From a virus: 64,000 bases of DNA. Positions 56,666 through 64,000 of the stretch are shown in pieces (within the stretch, counting starts at the first letter, position 1; every line of letters begins with the position of its first letter). The translations under genes and the position numbers were made by a program. The stretch is from the UHGV virus genome UHGV-0286546. One strand, given 5' to 3'. The notes beneath the pieces were generated by a model. That model was not told where the DNA came from. It saw only the letters and a program-made list of their open reading frames with translations, and did no database searches.

Positions 56666-57301
56666 TTACATATTTTCAAGATACCATAATACATTTTCTT
56701 GTAAAGCAGAAATCGTACTATTATTAAAAAATACACAATCTGGATTATCTACTTCAATCCAATCTCTTTCTGAAGGATGAACAGCATCGAGCATGACTTT
56801 TTCTTTTTCCGTAAGATCCATACCTTTATTATACTTTTCCGCAGCTTCCCAATATTCCGGTCTATCTCCACGTTCTACTCTTACAATTGTTCCACCTATA
56901 CTTCTAAGCATTTCTAGTTCATTTGGAAATCTAACATCTGTAATAACAAAATTATGCTCGTTATCGTCTAAAATTTTCTTTTTTACATTTAAATCCCAAA
57001 TATGTTTAAGAAAAGTAGGTCTAACTATATCTGTACCAATAGTAGTTAAAGCTCGACGCGGCGTAAATTCAAAACCAAATGCGTTAGACCAATATATGTC
57101 AGGTTGCTCTCTCCATTCTCTACTTTCTACTGTACGACCACTTAACATTTCTCGGGACCAACCAAACATTACACTAGCAACATCTTTTACACAATCCGCA
57201 AAAGCTAACGTAACAAAACTAGGGTCGTTCTCACAAATAATCTTTGCAATGGTATCTTTTCCTGAACCTTTTAAACCAGTAATTCCAATGATTTTTCTCA
57301 T
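56666..57301 (-). CDS. deoxynucleoside monophosphate kinase (T4 gp1-like)
   Basis: P-loop GLKGSGKDT. Overall collinearity with T4 dNMP kinase blocks (GxKxSGKDT, (P/C)(I/V)KD(A/V), LxxIGTDI, VITDVRFPNE). Confidence 0.7.
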   Translation of the reverse strand: MRKIIGITGLKGSGKDTIAKIICENDPSFVTLAFADCVKDVASVMFGWSREMLSGRTVESREWREQPDIYWSNAFGFEFTPRRALTTIGTDIVRPTFLKHIWDLNVKKKILDDNEHNFVITDVRFPNELEMLRSIGGTIVRVERGDRPEYWEAAEKYNKGMDLTEKEKVMLDAVHPSERDWIEVDNPDCVFFNNSTISALQENVLWYLENM

Positions 57302-57303
57302 TT

Positions 57304-57522
57304 TTATTTTCCTTCATATACAGTAGAAATAGTACAACCACCTCTTTGTTCCATAGCTTCTCTAAGGGCAGATGCAACGCATTGAGTTTTATCTGCAGGG
57401 ATAGGTAAGCCGATCTTATAACCACTAGCATCTTCAAAAACTAAATATGTTTCACTTTTACCATTATTAGTCGGTATATTAACGATCTGAATTTTTTTAG
57501 CATTTTCCATATTATAAAACAT
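57304..57522 (-). CDS. hypothetical small protein
   Basis: ORF coupled to the dNMP kinase gene. Confidence 0.45.
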   Translation of the reverse strand: MFYNMENAKKIQIVNIPTNNGKSETYLVFEDASGYKIGLPIPADKTQCVASALREAMEQRGGCTISTVYEGK

Positions 57523-57547
57523 GACTTACTTTTCCCTTCAAAATCAA

Positions 57548-58069
57548 TTACTTAGTACCTGTCGATCCGAATGACCCAGACTGTCTCTTTGTCTTTGGGC
57601 CTTTTTCATATTGTTCAGGCTTTACATACTTGAGAGCTTCACTAGATACATTTTCAATAATACCCTGTGTAATTTTTTCACCTGGATTGATTACTGTTGC
57701 GTAAGTCTTAATACCAAATAACATTCCAATAAAACCTAAAATTCCAGGATAACGTACTTTAATATCTTGACTGCCTTTAACTACTTTAAACAAATTTAAA
57801 TGGATTTCGCCTCTGTAACCCGGATCAATTACGCAAGCTCCTCTTACCAAACCTTTTTTAACTGAAACTCCGGATTTATTTTCGATTCTAAAAGTTTTAT
57901 TTTTTTCAACTTTAACTTTAATACCAGAAGGAATGTTAACTTGTTCATTCATTCTAAGAATATAAGGTTTTCCATTATTCCAATCGTTAGGTACATAAAA
58001 ATCCAATCCATTATCTTCATCTCGATTACCAGTAGGATCTTTAACGTCTCTTACTTTTGTATATATCAT
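57548..58069 (-). CDS. dut: dUTPase (trimeric dUTP diphosphatase / dCTP deaminase superfamily)
   Basis: VIDPGYRGEI motif 3 and C-terminal RQSGSFGSTG motif 5. Confidence 0.75.
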   Translation of the reverse strand: MIYTKVRDVKDPTGNRDEDNGLDFYVPNDWNNGKPYILRMNEQVNIPSGIKVKVEKNKTFRIENKSGVSVKKGLVRGACVIDPGYRGEIHLNLFKVVKGSQDIKVRYPGILGFIGMLFGIKTYATVINPGEKITQGIIENVSSEALKYVKPEQYEKGPKTKRQSGSFGSTGTK

Positions 58070-58153
58070 TTTTCACTTCCTTTTTTAATTAAGTACAAAT
58101 ATCATATTATAGAATTTATTGTCAACAGCGTTCTACAAAAGTATTTTTTCCAA

Positions 58154-61100
58154 TTATTCATTACTCTCGTCACTTTCAATCAAATTTTCTTTGTTTCTTT
58201 CAAAGTAATGATATTTGGAGCGTAAAACGTATTTGTGATCTTTGTCTAATTGAATAGGTATCAAAGTAAGTAGTTCATCATACTTCACTGTTGACATTAA
58301 GACAGGGCTTAATTTTTGAACAGCAGCGAATCTACCCCCTTCTGACCAATCCTGTTTGTTTATATGCTTAATTAATGCTTCTTTGGTTATATTCTTACCT
58401 GTAAACTTCTTCGGTAAAACAACTTGCTCTTTAAGTTTAGGTAATTGTTCGATTAACTCGTCTACATTCCAAACATACTTAGATTCACAATATAATGTTT
58501 GCATCTCACCTGTTTTTGGATTAATTTGATTAGGTGTTCGTGTATACCTATTTGCTGTACTACACATTTCATCTGCACCTGTTAAATGTAACTTATACAT
58601 CAAATAATACCAGATAATTTTATATTCATTTACTTTAACTGGTCTACTTAAACGTACAACAATATGATATGATCTATGCCCTGACCAAACAACGCGATAC
58701 AGCTTATCTTTTATTGGTTCGATTAGCTCTTCTTGTTCTTCTTTGGTTAAATAATCACATTCAAATAACAGATTTTGATTATAAACACCTGCCCTGGTTG
58801 GATATTCGTCTAAGTTGTCTTTAAAAGAATTTAAGGCCTGTAAATAAGCAGGAGTTTCACTTTTGACATAATCTTCGGCATAGTATGGACCAAATACTGA
58901 TTCTGCATCTAATAAGTTCTTAGCGAAGTTAATATATACATCTGTGTTTATCTCTTCCATTGTTAAAGAGTTTACATCATCAACCAGTAACATATTTTGA
59001 GTAAAACCTGTAATTTTACTTTCTGTGTTTACAATCTCTGTCACTGGATCACCGAACTCATCTAAAATAGGTTTGCCCTTTTCATCCTTTTTAACAACTT
59101 TTCTAGCATTTCTACTTCTACTATAATATTCTTGTGTGCGCGGATCGTTTTCAAAACCTACAACAAAAGCTAAACTACGACCATCTAACTTTTCTCTTGT
59201 TATTCCGTCATAAATTTCGCCAATACTGTGTTTTTTATAAATGACAAAATCACGAGGAGAGATACCTTCTAATGGTGGGCGTTCAGTTACAAGGTTACAT
59301 AAAATTTTAGAAGTAGCTTTACCAAATTTTTCATTAGACAGATAAAAGCCTTTTGATTTGATTTTTCCATTACTAAATTGACAATAGTAATTATTAACAT
59401 TGTTCTGTTGTAAAATAGCAATATCATCAAATTCGAGGACTAACCCTGTTTCTTCCATCCATTTTTCAGCAATAGGCATAAAATCTACGTCTGCTTGCTT
59501 TTCAATCATAATACCATCAGTGTTTGTCTGTATGATATTAAAACCAGCCTCATATAATCTTTTTGCCAAGATGAATAGTAACAACTGTCCATAAGTACAA
59601 ATCGTACTATTCGACCAAGAATCAAACAACGCATTATACTGACTTAGCATTGCCCCAATTGATCCATTAAGAATAAGTTTAAGACCCAAGTTGAGTAATG
59701 TATTTCCTTCTTTTTTTGCTTTTAATCTTGTATGATAAACGTCTTTATATGCATCTGGATTTGAAGCACCTCTTGACATTAAATTATATACCACTAACAA
59801 AGATGGATATAGAGAAGCAACGTCCATATTAACTAAATTCTTACTTCCGTATTTAATTAAAGCTTGATGTAATCCACCGAATCCAAATTGATATAAATGT
59901 CCTTCATCATTACCACCCATGTAATATTCAAATTTTTCTGTAATATAATGAGGATTCGTCTGGTTTTTAATATAGAAATCTAACAATGGAGTACCAGCTA
60001 ATTCTTTATAAGCTAATTCTGGAATACTATAATAAACTTTTTTACCATTGATTTCTTTGTAGGTATTGTCTGGATTTGGTTTAGCATCTTCACCACACAA
60101 AACTTTACTTGCAAATGACGCTGCTTTGTTAATAAGAGTTTTTGCGCCCATTCCAAATTCAATAATGAGGTTCCAACGAATATCATAAGAATCTCTTGCA
60201 AACTCTCTAAACTTGTGTTTAGGATTTTCTTTTGCCTTTTCAATATCTTCTGGATCTGGTAAAAAGAGATCTCTAGTGTTATCCACGTCCATTTCACAAT
60301 ATTGTTCTACTTCTTTACGCTGTTTCATAGAAAGTGAAGTACCAATATTAAATGGAACAGAAGAATCGTAATTTCGTCTATTAAGTACTGACATTGTTAA
60401 TTTTTTCAGAGAATTTCGTCTAATATCAAAAGGCAGATGAAAAGTTAAGTCCCAAGATAAAAACGTTGGAGCTATTTCATATCTTTTTTTAGTTTTAAAT
60501 TCTGGTCGTAAAGGATAACGCTTTGCTAATTCGTGATCTTCAATAATTAAGTCAGAATATTCTTTAACTGTTGGAGCAGAATCATCTAAATATGGATATA
60601 ACATGGCATGCTTAATTACTACATCGTCATATGCAGCATTATTAAATCCAATTAAAATTTTATCTTTTATCCATTTACTTAATGCTTGGCCATCATTCCA
60701 ACATACTACTTTGTTTTTACCATCAACCGTTTTAGCAATAAATAACCAATCGTATTTAAAGACTTCGATATCGTAAATCCATTCATATTTTTTAGTAAAA
60801 TTATATCCCTGCTCAATAATTTCTTTTTCGGAGAGTATATTTTTTAATTTTGCTTTAAATACATCTTTATACCACTTTGTATACCATTCTGATGGCTCAC
60901 CTTTTTCATCACCGTAGACTTTAAAGGTTTTATCTTCGCTTGCGCTACCCTCTTGTTCTGAGATAACAGTTATTTGATCTTTATAACCAAACAAGGATAC
61001 AATTTTATTTAAGTTTTCTTCATCTGAACTATAAACAGGTACAGTGGTTAATAACTCTTTTAATGTACTAACCCATTCTCTTTTTAATTTGTCTGAGTCT

Positions 61101-61825
61101 AATAAACAAATCTCATCATTTCTGCAATAGAGTAATTTATCATTTGTATAACAATCGTATATTTTAAAGTACTCTATTTTTTTACCTTCTTTGCATAACT
61201 TAGCTTCGAAATTAAAACCTTTTATTAATTCCTTTTGGTATAATTCAATCAATTCTTTAAATTTACTGATAATTTCTACTGTACTGCAATACGGGGATTT
61301 TTCAATAGTTTTACCTACAGAACTCGAATTTAAGATACTAGGAATTCTGTGTAGGTTGTCATCGATTTCTGGCAATACAACGTAAGGTATCTCAAAGCTT
61401 TTTGTTTTACTTATACGGTCATCAGAATAAACAATGAGATTGTCTTTTTCTCTCAGCATAACGCGAATAGTAGGTTCAACAAAGAAACCTTTTTCATAAT
61501 CTTCGAAAAATGCTTTATATGCACTATATCCAACAAATGCAAAAACGAGAGTATTGAAATCTAAAGTACCCTTAATGAAATAATTATAAAGAAAATCGGC
61601 CATTACATTTTTAGTAAATAAACCGTCATAATTATTATCCTTGACGTATGTAACGTGTGTGTCTGCTGACTTAAATTTACTTTTAAAGCAATTAGATAAA
61701 TATGTCATACCAGAAGGAGAATCGAATATTTCTTCTTTGTCCTTGGGTAAATACGATTCTGAAATTAATACCAATTTTGGACCTAATGTACTTTGATATT
61801 CCTTCTTACTACGTACGTTTGTCAT
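58154..61825 (-). CDS. family-B DNA polymerase with N- and C-terminal extensions
   Basis: Exo I YDIEV, Exo II FNNAAYDD, Exo III YCEMDVDN. Motif A DVASLYPSL, motif B KLILNGSIGAM, motif C IQTNTDGIMI. About 350-aa N-terminal and about 250-aa C-terminal extensions. Confidence 0.8.
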   Translation of the reverse strand: MTNVRSKKEYQSTLGPKLVLISESYLPKDKEEIFDSPSGMTYLSNCFKSKFKSADTHVTYVKDNNYDGLFTKNVMADFLYNYFIKGTLDFNTLVFAFVGYSAYKAFFEDYEKGFFVEPTIRVMLREKDNLIVYSDDRISKTKSFEIPYVVLPEIDDNLHRIPSILNSSSVGKTIEKSPYCSTVEIISKFKELIELYQKELIKGFNFEAKLCKEGKKIEYFKIYDCYTNDKLLYCRNDEICLLDSDKLKREWVSTLKELLTTVPVYSSDEENLNKIVSLFGYKDQITVISEQEGSASEDKTFKVYGDEKGEPSEWYTKWYKDVFKAKLKNILSEKEIIEQGYNFTKKYEWIYDIEVFKYDWLFIAKTVDGKNKVVCWNDGQALSKWIKDKILIGFNNAAYDDVVIKHAMLYPYLDDSAPTVKEYSDLIIEDHELAKRYPLRPEFKTKKRYEIAPTFLSWDLTFHLPFDIRRNSLKKLTMSVLNRRNYDSSVPFNIGTSLSMKQRKEVEQYCEMDVDNTRDLFLPDPEDIEKAKENPKHKFREFARDSYDIRWNLIIEFGMGAKTLINKAASFASKVLCGEDAKPNPDNTYKEINGKKVYYSIPELAYKELAGTPLLDFYIKNQTNPHYITEKFEYYMGGNDEGHLYQFGFGGLHQALIKYGSKNLVNMDVASLYPSLLVVYNLMSRGASNPDAYKDVYHTRLKAKKEGNTLLNLGLKLILNGSIGAMLSQYNALFDSWSNSTICTYGQLLLFILAKRLYEAGFNIIQTNTDGIMIEKQADVDFMPIAEKWMEETGLVLEFDDIAILQQNNVNNYYCQFSNGKIKSKGFYLSNEKFGKATSKILCNLVTERPPLEGISPRDFVIYKKHSIGEIYDGITREKLDGRSLAFVVGFENDPRTQEYYSRSRNARKVVKKDEKGKPILDEFGDPVTEIVNTESKITGFTQNMLLVDDVNSLTMEEINTDVYINFAKNLLDAESVFGPYYAEDYVKSETPAYLQALNSFKDNLDEYPTRAGVYNQNLLFECDYLTKEEQEELIEPIKDKLYRVVWSGHRSYHIVVRLSRPVKVNEYKIIWYYLMYKLHLTGADEMCSTANRYTRTPNQINPKTGEMQTLYCESKYVWNVDELIEQLPKLKEQVVLPKKFTGKNITKEALIKHINKQDWSEGGRFAAVQKLSPVLMSTVKYDELLTLIPIQLDKDHKYVLRSKYHYFERNKENLIESDESNE

Positions 61826-61926
61826 ATTTATTCCTATCAGTAAAAATTAAAAAACGTTATATAAAAATAGAATACGAGGAAGCCCCGTATTCTACTTCAT
61901 TATTTTTCAAAATTGTGAAATTATTT

Positions 61927-62172
61927 TTAATCGAGACCTGCAGCTGCTTCATACAAGGCATATATGTGCTTCTCTTCATCACGTTCTGATTTTGCTTTAG
62001 CTCTTTGTTTTACAACGTGACGCAAAGCTTTAACATCAAATCCTGCACTTTTTGCTTCTGCGTAAATGTCACGAATATCACCAGAGACGGCTTTTTTCTC
62101 TTCTTCTAAATGCTCAATACGTTCAATCAAAGATTTCAAACGTGCATTATCAATTCCACCGATTTCAGTCAT
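61927..62172 (-). CDS. GapR/DUF2312-like small DNA-binding protein
   Basis: LKSLIERIEHLEEEKKAVSGDIRDIYAEAKSAGFDVKALRHVVKQR matches the DUF2312 (GapR) signature. GC content higher than neighbours. Confidence 0.6.
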   Translation of the reverse strand: MTEIGGIDNARLKSLIERIEHLEEEKKAVSGDIRDIYAEAKSAGFDVKALRHVVKQRAKAKSERDEEKHIYALYEAAAGLD

Positions 62173-62179
62173 TTTAAAA

Positions 62180-62503
62180 TTACTCCTTTGTTAAGTTTTT
62201 TGGATCAAAATTACAAACATTTCTATCTTTAAAAGATTTAACTTCTAACCAATCTTTTAGAGTAGCAACGTAAGAGGTTTTTTTAGTTTCTTTATTACGA
62301 TATTTTAACTGAACACAAGAAGGCTGTCCTTTATAAGTCGTAATACTTACACTATAACCATTACTTTTAAGAAATTCATATACTTTTTTTTCTAATGTAA
62401 TCTGAAAACCTCGTCTTTCTATTGTAATAAGTTCTGGTTCTTCAATCTTACAACAAGTACATTTACATTCTTTTTTAAATAAATTTGTTAACCATTTAAG
62501 CAT
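62180..62503 (-). CDS. hypothetical protein with N-terminal Cys cluster (CKCTCC)
   Basis: ORF only. Confidence 0.5.
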   Translation of the reverse strand: MLKWLTNLFKKECKCTCCKIEEPELITIERRGFQITLEKKVYEFLKSNGYSVSITTYKGQPSCVQLKYRNKETKKTSYVATLKDWLEVKSFKDRNVCNFDPKNLTKE

Positions 62504-62508
62504 TAGTA

Positions 62509-63606
62509 TTAATCCTCTAAAATTTCACCAGTTTCGGGATCGAATTTAATGTTTTCGTTATCTTCTATTTCCGGTATATCTTCCATCTGTTCAAAAGAAG
62601 CTTTTACAAATTCTTTAACTTTTTTCGTAAACTCTTCCATCAAATCAGTATTAGACTTTAACCAACTCAAAGCTTTTTCTTTACCTTGTGCTACGTTTTC
62701 ACCATTGTATTTGAACCAAGCACCAGATTTTTCTAATAAACCGAATTTAACGGCATAATCTAAAACTTCTTCTGCTTTATCAATACCTTTACCAAAACGA
62801 ATTACAAAGTTAGCAGTCGTAAACGGAGGAGCAACTTTGTTTTTAATAATTTTAACTTCAGTGTCTCTAGCTGTAATAATGTCGCCTTCTTTTACTTGAC
62901 CTTTGCCTGCGATTCTCATACGAATAGAAGCATAAAACTGCATAGCTAATCCTCCCGGTGTGGTTTCTGGATTGCCAAACATTACTCCGATTTTCATACG
63001 AATCTGATTTGTAAATAAGCACAAACAATTGGCTTCATTTGCAATAGGTGCAAGTTTTTTAAGCGCTTGTGAGATAATTCTAGCTTGAGTACCAATAAAG
63101 TTATCTCCAATTTCACCATTCAATTCAGCTTTTGTTCTACCAGATGCAATACTATCGAAAATAATGACATCAACTAACTTATTTGTCATTAACATTTCCA
63201 TCATCTGAAAAGCTTCTTCCATAGAGCTTGGTTGGCTGAACAGGAGCTTGTTTAAATCAATACCAAGAGCTTTGGCATATTTTGCATCAAAAGCGTTTTC
63301 TAGGTCCAAAAAAGCAGCCGTATAACCAGCCTTTTGAGCCTCTGCACATACCTGTAAACAAATAGTTGATTTACCTGATGATTCTGGTCCAAAAATTTCA
63401 ACGAATCGACCAAGAGGTAATCCTGAAACACCTGTAGCTAAATCCAATGAAATACTACCTGTAGAAATAGCATCACATTGTTTAACTTCTGCAGAATTAA
63501 ATGTCATCATAGCACCCGGACCAAATTGTTTGTTAATTAGTTTGAGTGCTTTATCTACATTTGAATCACCTGCAGATACTTCTACTTCTTCTTTCTTTTT
63601 TACCAT
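62509..63606 (-). CDS. recA: RecA recombinase (bacterial type)
   Basis: Walker A GPESSGKST. Near-identical core NQIRMKIGVMFGNPETTPGG…FYASIRM compared with bacterial RecA. Confidence 0.85.
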   Translation of the reverse strand: MVKKKEEVEVSAGDSNVDKALKLINKQFGPGAMMTFNSAEVKQCDAISTGSISLDLATGVSGLPLGRFVEIFGPESSGKSTICLQVCAEAQKAGYTAAFLDLENAFDAKYAKALGIDLNKLLFSQPSSMEEAFQMMEMLMTNKLVDVIIFDSIASGRTKAELNGEIGDNFIGTQARIISQALKKLAPIANEANCLCLFTNQIRMKIGVMFGNPETTPGGLAMQFYASIRMRIAGKGQVKEGDIITARDTEVKIIKNKVAPPFTTANFVIRFGKGIDKAEEVLDYAVKFGLLEKSGAWFKYNGENVAQGKEKALSWLKSNTDLMEEFTKKVKEFVKASFEQMEDIPEIEDNENIKFDPETGEILED

Positions 63607-63792
63607 TATATTCTTTTCCTTCTCATAAAATATAGGTATTATTTAGAATATTAAATCAATTCTTTTTCTACAAAGTTATTTTAAAGAAATTTCTGTTTTT
63701 TATATAAAAGAAAGAGACACCAAAATTAATCAGTGTCTCTTCTACCTATTTTGAAAGGAAAAGAAATAGGATTTATATATAGAACTGTTGTT

Positions 63793-64000
63793 TTTAGAAA
63801 TTATTTACGTTTTTTTACAATTTCATCACAACAGCCATAATCAATCGCTTCTTGAGCATTTAACCACAAATCACGTTGACTATCTGATTTAATGGTTTCG
63901 ACGTCTTTACCACAGCATTTAGCCAATCTTTCCATAGCTACGTCATTGATTCGTTCCATTTCTTTATAGTTTACTCTGGCATCCTGTACATTACCACTAT
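63793..64000 (-). CDS. ClpP-like serine protease, C-terminal fragment (5' end outside window)
   Basis: Reverse-complement translation …NDVAMERLAKCCGKDVETIKSDSQRDLWLNAQEAIDYGCCDEIVKKRK* resembles the ClpP C-terminus (…ERDxxLSAxEAxEYGLxDxIL). Confidence 0.45.

Noticed and set aside
56793-57437. ORFs 56793-57326(+) and 57231-57437(-) overlapping the dNMP kinase / small protein genes
   Set aside because: Antisense or out-of-frame overlaps of genes with clear homology signatures.
59400-60297. ORFs 59400-59594(+), 60013-60297(-) and 61191-61385(+) within the DNA polymerase gene
   Set aside because: Nested or alternative-frame ORFs inside a 1223-aa gene with all Pol-B motifs.
1-64000. CRISPR arrays, tRNA genes, integrase/attachment sites
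   Set aside because: No regularly spaced direct repeats with unique spacers, no cloverleaf-like conserved tRNA boxes (GTTCGA / T-loop) and no tyrosine/serine recombinase motifs were recognised. A dedicated tRNA scan would be needed to exclude tRNAs fully.

Overview
AT-rich (about 28-30% GC), densely packed, phage-like window. Best read: part of a large T4-like (gp23-type major capsid protein) virulent myovirus genome. Host appears to use strong Shine-Dalgarno sites (AAGGAG) and sigma70-like promoters; host identity is unresolved. An AT-rich alphaproteobacterium or an anaerobic/facultative Firmicute/epsilon-proteobacterium are possibilities, since a GapR/DUF2312-like gene and an anaerobic RNR are present. 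Layout: genes 1-9 kb on +; a 1.26 kb non-coding region; an HNH-endonuclease/MTase cassette and the gp23-like MCP on - (10.3-13.8 kb); roughly 33 kb of + strand 'early-like' small genes (14.3-47.1 kb); then a - strand replication/nucleotide-metabolism block (47.2-64 kb). That block holds NrdD/NrdG, an FTR-like protein, two metallophosphoesterases, a ThyA-family enzyme predicted to be a dCMP hydroxymethylase, Dam-like MTase, dNMP kinase, dUTPase, family-B DNA polymerase, a GapR-like protein, a bacterial-type RecA and a ClpP-like fragment. Most striking: an expanded family of at least 25 small (about 90-130 aa) paralogous proteins ending in a conserved LxRI(K/E)GYL or TLYRIDxK box, tandemly arrayed over 6.6-27 kb and again at 37-39 kb. 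A recurrent promoter motif TG(T/C)TTTACA-N17-TAnnnT is seen at least 14 times. Also present: a predicted hydroxymethyl-dC DNA-modification pathway, a stand-alone CheY-like receiver, an M16 peptidase, NAD-dependent ligase, an HExxH+VWA (DUF2201-type) protein and an Hsp20+AAA pair. No tRNA genes or CRISPR arrays were recognised. All functional calls are from motif-level reading of the supplied translations; no database searches were run.
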